IMG/VR virus record: IMGVR_UViG_3300045988_101483
Length of the DNA: 41,242 nt
Origin: a virus
Strand: one strand, 5' to 3'
Part shown: positions 32,857 through 41,162 of the stretch, piece by piece
Numbering within the stretch: the stretch's first letter is position 1
How the letters are laid out: the number at the start of each line of letters is the position of its first letter
Made by a program: the position numbers and the translations under genes
The notes under the pieces: model-generated
Databases searched by the model: none
What the model was told of the DNA's origin: nothing
What the model saw: only the letters and a program-made list of their open reading frames with translations

Positions 32857-32875
32857 GTATCTCACCTCAAGAATT

Positions 32876-32904
32876 ATTTTAACACCGTTCCCGATTGTGC
32901 ACAA
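32876..32904 (-). promoter_or_regulatory. Leftward (repressor) promoter candidate.
   Basis: On the minus strand: TTGTGC, 17 nt, then TGtTAAAAT. The -35 overlaps the perfect 12-bp palindrome ATTGTGCACAAT (32894-32905). Confidence 0.55.
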
Positions 32905-32950
32905 TAGGCGCACAAAAAAACGATATCTGAATATTTTTTTGAAATAATCG

Positions 32951-32992
32951 TTGACACATGGGAACACGGATGATATTCTTTAGATGTTCCCA
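32951..32992 (+). promoter_or_regulatory. Rightward (early lytic) promoter candidate with a flanking inverted repeat.
   Basis: TTGACA (32951-32956), 17 nt, then TATTCT (32974-32979). TGGGAACA (32959-32966) and TGTTCCCA (32985-32992) bracket the -10. Confidence 0.6.
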
Positions 32993-33017
32993 AAAGGAAA
33001 CGAAAGGAGGAAATCAA

Positions 33018-33263
33018 ATGACACTAAATTTAAAACGTCTTCGCGCTGAACGTATCGCAAAAGGAATGAACCAAGATGAAATGGCGAAAGCTATGGGATG
33101 GCATACCCGCTCTTCGTATGCTAAGCGTGAGAATGGTATTACAACAATCAGTGCTACCGAATTAGTAAAAATGGCCAGCATTTTGGGATATGGCGCCAAT
33201 CAACTGGATCTTTTTTTTACAGATAACGTTCCCAATAAAGAACGAAAAGGGATGACAGTATGA
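33018..33263 (+). CDS. Cro-like XRE-family HTH regulator.
   Basis: AAAGGAGG RBS 7 nt before the ATG at 33018. LRAERIAKGMNQDEMAKAMGWHTRSSYAKRENG. Confidence 0.8.
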   Translation: MTLNLKRLRAERIAKGMNQDEMAKAMGWHTRSSYAKRENGITTISATELVKMASILGYGANQLDLFFTDNVPNKERKGMTV

Positions 33264-34030
33264 ACCGATTACAGCATTTTGATTTTAAAGGTCAGCAAGT
33301 AAGAACGGTAGTTGTTGATAATGAACCAATGTTTGTCGGTAAGGATGTGGCCGATATTCTCGGATATCAAAACGGAAGTCGTGACGTAAACACCCACGTT
33401 GAAGAAGAAGACCGGCTGAAGTACCAAATCGGTACCTCAGGTCAAGCACGCGAAATGACCATCATTAATGAATCTGGATTATACAGCTTGGTACTTTCTA
33501 GCAAGCTACCAACTGCGAAAGAGTTCAAGCATTGGGTAACACATGAAGTTCTCCCATCAATCCGTAAGCATGGTGCCTACATGACGCCTGAAACGATTGA
33601 GAAGGCCATCTATAATCCAGACTTCATTATCAATCTGGCAACGCAGCTAAAGGACGAACAAGCCAAAACAGCGGCACTTACGGCTGATAACGAAACAATG
33701 AAGCCTAAAGCGTTGTTTGCAGACGCAGTAGCCACAAGTCACACAACCATCTTGGTCGGTGATCTTGCCAAGGTGATCAAACAGAACGGCGTTGACATTG
33801 GTGCCAAGCGGTTGTTCGCCTGGTTACGTGAGCAAGGATATTTGATCAAACGGATTGGTGCCGACTATAACTCGCCGACACAACGCGCGATGGAGCTAGG
33901 CTTGTTCGAGGTCAAGGAGACGGCAATCAGTCACTCGGACGGCCATGTAACAGTTCAGAAGACCCCAAAGGTGACCGGCAAAGGCCAGCAGTATTTTATC
34001 AACAAGTTTCTGCAAAAGGAGGCTATCTAA
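33260..34030 (+). CDS. Antirepressor (BRO-N domain + KilA-C-type domain).
   Basis: FDFKGQQVRTVVVDNEPMFVGKDVADILGY (Bro-N). C-terminal LVGDLAKVIKQNGVDIGAKRLFAWLREQGYL. Confidence 0.85.
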   Translation: MNRLQHFDFKGQQVRTVVVDNEPMFVGKDVADILGYQNGSRDVNTHVEEEDRLKYQIGTSGQAREMTIINESGLYSLVLSSKLPTAKEFKHWVTHEVLPSIRKHGAYMTPETIEKAIYNPDFIINLATQLKDEQAKTAALTADNETMKPKALFADAVATSHTTILVGDLAKVIKQNGVDIGAKRLFAWLREQGYLIKRIGADYNSPTQRAMELGLFEVKETAISHSDGHVTVQKTPKVTGKGQQYFINKFLQKEAI

Positions 34031-34165
34031 ATGAACGGACGCACACAGGAAAAACTAGAAAATGCCGTTACAGAATTTGTTGTTGCTCAACTGAAGAACA
34101 AAGGAAAAAGCCCCGAGATGGTGGCAGCCATCGCGGAGCTCATCGAATCACTTAGCAAGAACTAA
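34031..34165 (+). CDS. Small hypothetical protein (44 aa).
   Basis: ATG directly after the antirepressor stop. Its 3' end converges on and overlaps the minus-strand gene by 18 nt. Below the track cutoff. Confidence 0.4.
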   Translation: MNGRTQEKLENAVTEFVVAQLKNKGKSPEMVAAIAELIESLSKN

Positions 34166-34360
34166 ATACAGTATATCGGCGCCATTAGCTTGGAGCGAAT
34201 CAGCATGGCCAACAAATGAATAGGTAATTTGATTTTCCAAGTAAATATTGGAAAAGTCTTCAGCTTTAACAACATTTTTATCCATTCCTAGGCAAACCAC
34301 TGATTCAAAGTCTGGGATTTCTTCCGTGTTGCCATCGCGGAAATGAACAGTTAGATCCAT
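34148..34360 (-). CDS. Hypothetical protein (70 aa), encoded opposite to the surrounding early operon.
   Basis: Perfect AAGGAGG 8 nt upstream of the ATG at 34360. The track start at 34369 overlaps the RBS. Confidence 0.65.
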   Translation of the reverse strand: MDLTVHFRDGNTEEIPDFESVVCLGMDKNVVKAEDFSNIYLENQITYSFVGHADSLQANGADILYLVLAK

Positions 34361-34424
34361 ATCAATCACCTCCTTCCCACCAGATTATCTGCCAAGGGGA
34401 GGCCAAAAGAAAGAAGGAATCGAA

Positions 34425-34865
34425 ATGATAGGCAAGAACGTCAGCGATTTAATCACAATTTCGCGACATGACTTGGATGAACTTGTCAGGCAACGTGTTG
34501 CGGAGGCATCCAGACAGCCAACGGGTTTCACAGCGAACACTCTATTTACCGGTATCGCAATAGACCCAAACGACATCATGACGATCAACAAGCGCCACGG
34601 GATGCCTGAAGACCGATTCGGGGTATCTAGTTCGGTTTATAGCAGGCATCAATATGATGACGGAAACATTATTAGAAATGATGGATCTAGTGCCAAAGAA
34701 CTGCATGACAAGCTTCGTTTTTTAGCGCTTGCAGTGGTTGGAGAAACGAAGAATGGACTGGTTACACGTGCCGACATCTCGACAGTACGAGAGGCGTACT
34801 CAAAATTCAGGGATGATTTCTTGGCCCTGTACGATGATCGAGCCGCGAAGCTTGCCAAAGAGTGA
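34425..34865 (+). CDS. Hypothetical early protein.
   Basis: 146-aa ORF with GAAGGAA before the ATG. Confidence 0.6.
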   Translation: MIGKNVSDLITISRHDLDELVRQRVAEASRQPTGFTANTLFTGIAIDPNDIMTINKRHGMPEDRFGVSSSVYSRHQYDDGNIIRNDGSSAKELHDKLRFLALAVVGETKNGLVTRADISTVREAYSKFRDDFLALYDDRAAKLAKE

Positions 34866-34921
34866 AAGCAGCCAAACAAAAGGCAGCCTAAGAAAAAAAC
34901 CACAGGAAAGGAGGAAATGCC

Positions 34922-35278
34922 ATGCCACTGTTGCAGGTTGTTGAAGATGATCAGATTTCAAGCAAAAAGTATTTAGCGGTTGATGAAGAAGAACTGGCAA
35001 AGATGATCAAGGAGAACCAAGAGTTAAAACGCAAGCTAGCAGCACGAGGCATGTGGACGCTCACCACCGCAACAAGCTATGTCGAAGGACATAACAACAC
35101 GTGGGTAGTTAACAATATCTTGAACGTCCCACGCTTCCACAAGTTCTTGCAAGATACCGTGGTTTCATATCCACCGCCTGGCAAAAAGGGGTATCTGTTT
35201 CATCCGAAACCATGGCTCGACTTCTTAGACAAATGGTTCCCAGAGATTTCAAGGTCGCTTAGAGAGAAGGACAAATAA
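34922..35278 (+). CDS. DUF771-like protein (putative excisionase / DNA-binding).
   Basis: AAAGGAGGA RBS. Pattern WTLTTATSYVEGHNNTWVVNNILNVPRFHKFL...GYLFHPKPWLDFLDKWF. Confidence 0.6.
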   Translation: MPLLQVVEDDQISSKKYLAVDEEELAKMIKENQELKRKLAARGMWTLTTATSYVEGHNNTWVVNNILNVPRFHKFLQDTVVSYPPPGKKGYLFHPKPWLDFLDKWFPEISRSLREKDK

Positions 35279-35362
35279 TGATTGGCTATTTACTAATTGC
35301 TGGTGGCTTCGGCGTGATCATTGGTCACTGCTTAGGCCACAGCGGAAATTGGAGGCAGTGGA

Positions 35363-35515
35363 TTGACTGAAGCGGAAAGAACCATTGGTGATTTGCTGAA
35401 CGAACACAATAAATTGATGTTAGACATCATGCGCGGCAACCACACACCAATTGCAAAGATGCTACTTGCCGAGAACGAGAAGCTACGTGCACGACTAGCA
35501 AAACTAAGGGGATGA
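35363..35515 (+). CDS. Small coiled-coil protein (50 aa).
   Basis: GGAGG at 35351-35355, then TTG at 35363. TEAERTIGDLLNEHNKLMLDIMRGNHTPIAKMLLAENEKLRARLAKLRG. Below the track cutoff. Confidence 0.4.
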   Translation: MTEAERTIGDLLNEHNKLMLDIMRGNHTPIAKMLLAENEKLRARLAKLRG

Positions 35516-35519
35516 CGTG

Positions 35520-35722
35520 ATGAACAATGAGAATACAAACGAATTCTAGCCGAAGCGAACCGCCAGATCGCGGCATATCACAAGGTTGCTACCGACTATG
35601 GGACGAACAATACAGACCCTCATCAAACGTATGCGATGGGTCAAGAAGATGGTGCACACGCAATACTGTTCATTATCAAACAAGCCATGAAAAAAGCCGC
35701 TGGTATGCAGACCAACGACTGA
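35520..35722 (+). pseudogene. Apparently frameshifted small gene: ATG at 35520 in one frame, with a protein-like continuation in the -1 frame to the TGA at 35720-35722.
   Basis: MNNENTNEF-stop in frame 0. The -1 frame reads KRILAEANRQIAAYHKVATDYGTNNTDPHQTYAMGQEDGAHAILFIIKQAMKKAAGMQTND with no start codon until 35636. Confidence 0.35.
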
Positions 35723-35739
35723 TAGAAAGGAAATTCATA

Positions 35740-36627
35740 ATGCAAAATAACACATTGTCACTTACTGACTTCCAAGTTGATTATAAGCCATCGGTGCTGA
35801 CTCTACAACATGCAGACGAGCTTGCGGCCAATATCAAGCTATATGCCGAAAAATACCGTGGACTTGTAATCACTGAAGGAACTTTGAAAGAGGCGAAAGT
35901 GTCTCGTTCTGACTTGCGCAAGTTGTCAAAAGCGCTTAATGACAAACGTATTGAAATAAAACGCGAATACAACAAACCATACGATGCGTTCAAATCCGTC
36001 ATTGATGGCATGATTAGCGATATTTCAGCGGTTGAAACAGCCATCAACGATGGGATCAAAGAACAAGAACGATTAGACGCCGAACAACGCAAAGAGCAAG
36101 TACTTGATGACATTGCAGAAATTGCTCAGGCGCGTGGGATTGACCCGAAAGACATCGAGTTCAACGACAAGTGGCTCAACAAAAGCCTAAGTAAGCTTGA
36201 ACGCACGCGGCAAATCGGAGATGCAGCTGATTATATTGTCAAACAGCGTGAAGAAATTGCAGCAGCCAAGAAGGCTGTTACCAAATATGCAGAAGCCATG
36301 AGTTTAGATGCTGGCGGGTGGGTTGCACAGATTGATCAAGGTGCTTCACAGCTAGATGTTATGGCTCGCATTGATGCCTATGTTGAGCGGCAAAAGCGTG
36401 AGGCTGAACAAGCAAAACAGCGTGCCGAAGCACAAGCAGCCATTGATGCACTCCATCAGAAAAAGATCGGTGACAAAGTTGTCGACACTAATACCGGTGA
36501 AGTGGTTAAAAAGCCAGAAATAAAGCACTACGGATTCGAGGTTGTTGGCACTTTTGATGAAGCTAAAAGCGTAGCGGATTTCATGACAAAACAAGGCATT
36601 GAATTTATCAGTATGGAGGGTAAATGA
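35740..36627 (+). CDS. DUF1351-family protein (recombination-module associated).
   Basis: Pattern LYAEKYRGLVITEGTLKEAKVSRSDLRKLSKALNDKRIEIKREYNKPYDAF and position next to ERF. The track N-terminus (35527-35739) looks like out-of-frame junk. Confidence 0.7.
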   Translation: MQNNTLSLTDFQVDYKPSVLTLQHADELAANIKLYAEKYRGLVITEGTLKEAKVSRSDLRKLSKALNDKRIEIKREYNKPYDAFKSVIDGMISDISAVETAINDGIKEQERLDAEQRKEQVLDDIAEIAQARGIDPKDIEFNDKWLNKSLSKLERTRQIGDAADYIVKQREEIAAAKKAVTKYAEAMSLDAGGWVAQIDQGASQLDVMARIDAYVERQKREAEQAKQRAEAQAAIDALHQKKIGDKVVDTNTGEVVKKPEIKHYGFEVVGTFDEAKSVADFMTKQGIEFISMEGK

Positions 36628-37337
36628 TGCGCACATCAGAGGATATAAACGAGATTGCGAAGGCAATCAATGCATTCAGGCAAGTTGTCAAGCAACCGAC
36701 AAAAGATGGTGACAACCCGTTTCTAAGGTCTCGTTACGTTCAGCTTGAGGGTGTTGTTGATGCAATTGACCGTGCACTACCTGATACGGGGCTGGCATAC
36801 ACACAAGAAGTAGTAAGCGAAGGGAACCAAGTGAGCGTAACGACCTTGATTTTACACTCCAGCGGCCAATTCATCGAACTTGGACCTCTGTCAGTCCCAG
36901 TTGCCAAAAATGACGCTCAGGCTTTCGGTTCCGCTGAGACTTACGCACGTCGATACTCGCTAACAGCGGCCTTTGGTATCACATCTGACCCTGATGATGA
37001 CGGTACAGCTGCCGGTATAAACCCTCCAAAGGCACAACCAAGACGCGTAAATAAGCCAAATAGTGGCCTCGATCACGCAACAGTCAAGACAGTTAAAGAA
37101 CTCATTATGCAACAGTTTAACAAAATGCCGGAGGTCAACAAGAACGGTGAACCGAAGCCGAAGACGGTGAATGAACTCGCTGAAATCTGGGTAGGGTTAG
37201 CCAATGCTAAATTCGGAAGCAAGGCAACAAGTATTGAAACACTGACCCCGAATGCGGCCGCTGGAATCAAGAGCTTACTTGAGAATGAAATCAAGAAGCT
37301 GGCAGGTGTCGCTAATGAAAATCAACGGAAGGCTTGA
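36624..37337 (+). CDS. ERF-family single-strand annealing protein.
   Basis: NPFLRSRYVQLEGVVDAI...LILHSSGQFIE...AQAFGSAETYARRYSLTAAFGITSDPDDDG. Confidence 0.85.
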   Translation: MMRTSEDINEIAKAINAFRQVVKQPTKDGDNPFLRSRYVQLEGVVDAIDRALPDTGLAYTQEVVSEGNQVSVTTLILHSSGQFIELGPLSVPVAKNDAQAFGSAETYARRYSLTAAFGITSDPDDDGTAAGINPPKAQPRRVNKPNSGLDHATVKTVKELIMQQFNKMPEVNKNGEPKPKTVNELAEIWVGLANAKFGSKATSIETLTPNAAAGIKSLLENEIKKLAGVANENQRKA

Positions 37338-37977
37338 CAAACTGTCGGGCAATAAAATCACGATCACTGCTGACGACTCTGTGAGCTTGTATACGCTGTC
37401 TAAGCTTGCCGCGGGTAAACGACCATCAGTTGAGTTAGAAGTCGAGGACGGGCGCCATATCAGCCCGGATCAACGCAAAAAGATCTTTGCACTGATGCGC
37501 GACATCTCCGACTGGAACGGCGACACGATGGATATGATTGAACACCTCATGAAGTCGTATACACGTGAGATTTTTGCAATTGAACCATATTCACTGAGTG
37601 ACTGTTCGATGACGACTGCCAGCAACATGATATACACGATCTTAGAGTTTTGCTTCCGCAACGATGTGCCATTCAAGACGCGCACATGGGATATGATTCC
37701 TAACGACTATGCACGCCAATGGTTCTGCCTCCGTTTCCGTAAATGTGTTATCTGCGGAAAGCCCGCTGACTTGGCACACTTCGAGGCTGTCGGTATGGGG
37801 CGCAACCGTAACAAAATTGACGAAAGTCAGTTCAGGTACATGAGCCTATGCCGCCAACATCATGTTGAACAGCACATCATCGGCATTGAGAGTTTTGTTC
37901 AGAAGTACCACATTGTGCCAGTGAAGCTAACTGCTGACGAACTAAAAGTAATACAACCACGCTATAAGGTGAATTAA
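37315..37977 (+). CDS. Putative Zn-binding HNH-like nuclease-family protein (DUF968-like).
   Basis: CVICGKPADLAHFEAVGMGRNRNKIDESQFRYMSLCRQHHVEQH. ATG at 37315 after AGGTG. Confidence 0.55.
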   Translation: MKINGRLDKLSGNKITITADDSVSLYTLSKLAAGKRPSVELEVEDGRHISPDQRKKIFALMRDISDWNGDTMDMIEHLMKSYTREIFAIEPYSLSDCSMTTASNMIYTILEFCFRNDVPFKTRTWDMIPNDYARQWFCLRFRKCVICGKPADLAHFEAVGMGRNRNKIDESQFRYMSLCRQHHVEQHIIGIESFVQKYHIVPVKLTADELKVIQPRYKVN

Positions 37978-37990
37978 AGGGGTGTTAAAC

Positions 37991-38539
37991 ATGGATAAAG
38001 AAGCCTGGAAGGACGTCAAGGGCTACGAAGGCTATTATCAAGTAAGCAATTATGGGCGTGTACGAAGTGTTGACCGTGTTGATATGCGAGGACAGCACAG
38101 AAAAGGGAAGGTACTTGCTAACAGCTTAAATAGTGGCGGGTATCTTTTGGTTGATTTACACCGAGACAGAAAAGTTAAATATTGTCTAGTTCATCGCTTG
38201 GTCGCTGGAGAGTTCCTAAGCAACCCGAATGGTTTACCGGAAATCAACCATAAAGACGAAAATATAACAAACAATAAAGTATCTAATCTTGAGTGGTGTT
38301 CACATAGCTACAACATCAACTACGGTACTCGAAATGAGAAAGCGGGAAAAGCAATAGCACGCGTGCAAGAAAAACCTATCTACGTTATAGCGCCTTCGGG
38401 ACACCACTACTGCTTCGGTAGCATTAAGAAAGCGGCCGAACTTCTCGGACTGAGTCGCGGAACCGTGTCTAAATGTCTCATCGGTAGACAGAAACATCAC
38501 CACGGCTTCGCCTTCGAGTACGCGGAACAACGCGCCTGA
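37991..38539 (+). CDS. Free-standing HNH homing endonuclease (NUMOD4 + HNH).
   Basis: WKDVKGYEGYYQVSNYGRVRS (NUMOD4). VHRLVAGEF...INHKDENITNNKVSNLEW (HNH_3). C-terminal HTH-like LGLSRGTVSKCL. Confidence 0.85.
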   Translation: MDKEAWKDVKGYEGYYQVSNYGRVRSVDRVDMRGQHRKGKVLANSLNSGGYLLVDLHRDRKVKYCLVHRLVAGEFLSNPNGLPEINHKDENITNNKVSNLEWCSHSYNINYGTRNEKAGKAIARVQEKPIYVIAPSGHHYCFGSIKKAAELLGLSRGTVSKCLIGRQKHHHGFAFEYAEQRA

Positions 38540-38614
38540 CGCGATAAGCTCGGTACTACGAAGATAAGCGGATTTAGCCGCGTACAAAATACAAAACAAG
38601 AGGAGATAATTAAT

Positions 38615-39052
38615 ATGTTAAACACGGTCTCATTAACAGGTCGATTAACCAAAGATGTTGATCTTCGCTATACACAAAGCGGAACAGCGGTTGGTTCATT
38701 TACGATTGCTGTTGATCGCCAATTTCGTAGCGCAAACGGCGAACGTGAAACTGACTTCATCAATTGTGCCATCTGGCGTAAGTCTGCTGAGAACTTTGCC
38801 AACTTCACGCACAAGGGTTCACTTGTTGGCATCGAAGGCCATATCCAAACGCGTACGTATGATAACGCGAAAGGGCAGAAAGTATTCGTGACCGAGGTAA
38901 TCGTTGAGAATTTTGCTTTGCTTGAGCCACGGCAAGCGTCTCAGGATGGTCAACAACGATCGGCTAATAACCCAGCGGCCGCAAGCCAAGGAAACGGTTT
39001 TTCTAACAATGGCCAGCAAGTCGATGTCAGCGATGATGATCTTCCATTCTAG
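38615..39052 (+). CDS. ssb: Single-stranded DNA-binding protein.
   Basis: MLNTVSLTGRLTKDVDLRYTQSGTAVGSFTIAVDR...FINCAIWRK...VEGHIQTRTY and an acidic tail DDDLPF. Confidence 0.95.
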   Translation: MLNTVSLTGRLTKDVDLRYTQSGTAVGSFTIAVDRQFRSANGERETDFINCAIWRKSAENFANFTHKGSLVGIEGHIQTRTYDNAKGQKVFVTEVIVENFALLEPRQASQDGQQRSANNPAAASQGNGFSNNGQQVDVSDDDLPF

Positions 39053-39068
39053 GAAGGCGGTGACGATC

Positions 39069-39902
39069 ATGAATGAAAGCCCTAGTTACTATGCCATCAT
39101 TCCAGCAGGTGTGCGCTATGACAAACAGCTACCACAAGGAGCCAAGATCTTGTATGGCGAGATCACGGCACTCAGCAGTAAGAGCGGCTCTTGTTGGGCG
39201 AGCGATCAATACTTTATGACTTTGTACGAGGTAGGTCAAACCACTATACAAAGATGGCTACGTGCTTTAGAAGACAGCGGATATATTGAACGTCATGTCA
39301 AATATAAAGACGGTACCAAAGAAATTGAAAAAAGGTATATCAAAATTCGTACAGACCCTATGCCCAAAAATGGTAACACCTATAGCCAAAAACGGGTATA
39401 CCCTATGCCCAAAAACGGGCAAGAGAATAATACAAGTATTAATAAAAACATACGTGCATCCAGCACGTTAGAGAGTGACTTTGAAAAGCTCTGGAAACTG
39501 TATCCAAAGAAGATCGGCAAGAAGCCGGCACTAGCTGCGTACAAACGGGTAATGAGTAGAAAGAAGAACCCTGCTACCAACAGACAAATTCAGGATGGCA
39601 TTGTGGCTTATCGACAGCTAATCAATAGCAAAGGCACAGAGAAGCAGTTTATCAAAGACGGCAGTACTTTCTTCAGCCAAGAGGCATGGAACGATTACCT
39701 TGAGGTCGTAAAGGAAGAACGAAATGAGCAGGAAGCTAGAAAGCCTAAGTTCGATCCCAAGAAAACTGCTATTGCAATGTATATCGACTACAACAGTCCT
39801 GACAGAGTGCTTGAAGAAATCCAAGCGCAGGGTATTCCGATCAATCCAGAAGATGCTAAACGTTACATTGCTGAATACGATGAAGGGAGGCAACAAACTT
39901 GA
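39069..39902 (+). CDS. Replication initiator / replisome organizer (winged-HTH N-terminal domain).
   Basis: YYAIIPAGVRYDKQLPQGAKILYGEITALSSKSGSCWASDQYF...IQRWLRALEDSGYI. Upstream of the helicase. The track N-terminus overlaps ssb and is unlikely. Confidence 0.7.
   Translation: MNESPSYYAIIPAGVRYDKQLPQGAKILYGEITALSSKSGSCWASDQYFMTLYEVGQTTIQRWLRALEDSGYIERHVKYKDGTKEIEKRYIKIRTDPMPKNGNTYSQKRVYPMPKNGQENNTSINKNIRASSTLESDFEKLWKLYPKKIGKKPALAAYKRVMSRKKNPATNRQIQDGIVAYRQLINSKGTEKQFIKDGSTFFSQEAWNDYLEVVKEERNEQEARKPKFDPKKTAIAMYIDYNSPDRVLEEIQAQGIPINPEDAKRYIAEYDEGRQQT
39356..39418. repeat. Iteron-like direct repeats inside the initiator gene: candidate ori.
   Basis: CCCTATGCCCAAAAATGG (39356-39373) and CCCTATGCCCAAAAACGG (39401-39418), with a related AGCCAAAAACGGG between them at 39384-39396. 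Confidence 0.6.
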
Positions 39903-41161
39903 CGAAAAAGCTTTATGACCCTAGCAATCCTGAACCGCATGTCATGTATGGCTTATATACGAAGCCGGAACTCATCAAGTCTGAATGGATTGATCCTAAA
40001 TGGTTTAACAGCCAGCAATACGCTGCAGTAGTTGCCTACATGAATAAGTTGCCAGGTGACGTTGACACGCTGGAATTGCAGGATGGTTTTGATACAGCTC
40101 ATCCTGGCGTGATGTCAGTAACAGATTGGCAATACATTATTACCAGCGATTTTGGCACCTCACGCTTTGACTGGTGGGTAGGCAAGCTAAAGCGGGATTA
40201 TTTCCGTAGTCAGCTCATTCAAACAGCACAAGCGTACTCGGAAGAACCAAGCGAGGACAATCTTACCGCGATGATGGTTGCCTCACAGAATGCTACTGCT
40301 GCCAGTCAGACGGTAACTGAAAGTAGCATTGCAGATTTGGCAGCGGCCATGAAGGACAAAATGATACACGGTGCTACTGACAATGGGATTAAAACGTACT
40401 TCACTCTTAACAATATTCTGGGCGGTGGTTTGATGCCGGGACGTTTGTTGACGATTGGTGCGCGCCCTGGTGTCGGTAAATCAGCATTCGCGGTTAATCT
40501 CATCGTTGAGGCTTTGAAACAGCAACCGGAATTGACCGTTGATATGTTTTCACTTGAAATGTCAAATGCAGAAAACTACAACCGTTTGTTGGCATGCAAG
40601 ACTGGCATCAGTGCTGGTAAATTCATCAACCCGCAGAAAAGTCTAAGCGATGCTGAGAAGGTTGAGGTTGAAAAGGCAGGAAACGTCCTTAAAGACTATC
40701 ACTTGCAGCTTTACGACAAGCAGGTGGAATTACCGCAGATCGTCAAAACAATGCGGCAGCGAGCCGCTGATGCAGATAAAGGCTACCTTGCGATTGTTGA
40801 TTATCTCGGGCTGATTGGTGTTCGTAGCCAAGCCGATCGCCGTCTGCAAATCGAAGAGATCACCCGTCAATTCAAAGTGCTGACCAACGAGCTTGGTATC
40901 CCGATTGTTTTGCTTAGTCAATTATCACGAGGTGTTGAGAATCGTCAGGACAAGCAACCGGTACTCTCAGATTTACGAGAGTCGGGATCAATTGAACAAG
41001 ATAGCAATGCGGTTGGATTCCTTTGGAACAGTGACCGGCAGAACGAAAGATCAGATATCCGTACTGTGACTTTAACAATTGCCAAAAATCGTGAAGGAGC
41101 ACTTGGTAGCATTGATTTTCGCTTTTTCGCGCCAAAGTTGCAGTTTAAGGTGGCGTATTGA
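39899..41161 (+). CDS. DnaB-like replicative helicase.
   Basis: Walker A GARPGVGKSAFAVNL and DnaB C-terminal patterns VLLSQLSRGVENRQDKQPVLSDLRESGSIEQDS. TTG start overlapping the upstream stop. Confidence 0.88.
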   Translation: MTKKLYDPSNPEPHVMYGLYTKPELIKSEWIDPKWFNSQQYAAVVAYMNKLPGDVDTLELQDGFDTAHPGVMSVTDWQYIITSDFGTSRFDWWVGKLKRDYFRSQLIQTAQAYSEEPSEDNLTAMMVASQNATAASQTVTESSIADLAAAMKDKMIHGATDNGIKTYFTLNNILGGGLMPGRLLTIGARPGVGKSAFAVNLIVEALKQQPELTVDMFSLEMSNAENYNRLLACKTGISAGKFINPQKSLSDAEKVEVEKAGNVLKDYHLQLYDKQVELPQIVKTMRQRAADADKGYLAIVDYLGLIGVRSQADRRLQIEEITRQFKVLTNELGIPIVLLSQLSRGVENRQDKQPVLSDLRESGSIEQDSNAVGFLWNSDRQNERSDIRTVTLTIAKNREGALGSIDFRFFAPKLQFKVAY

Positions 41162-41162
41162 A

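Noticed and set aside
32857-32967. Track extension of the repressor ORF to 32967, and of the cro ORF back to 32958.
   Set aside because: The extensions run through the divergent promoter/operator region. Both genes have strong RBS-ATG combinations further in, at 32856 and 33018.
35527-35739. N-terminal 71 codons of track ORF 35527-36627.
   Set aside because: The translation is R/S/W/C-rich and looks out of frame. A good start (ATG at 35740, after GAAAGGAA) precedes the DUF1351-like sequence. A different frame across the same bases looks protein-like.
38904-39068. Track N-terminal extension of the replication initiator ORF, overlapping ssb.
   Set aside because: The extension overlaps the ssb 3' end in another frame and has junk-like composition. 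An ATG at 39069 follows GGAAGG and lies directly after the ssb stop.
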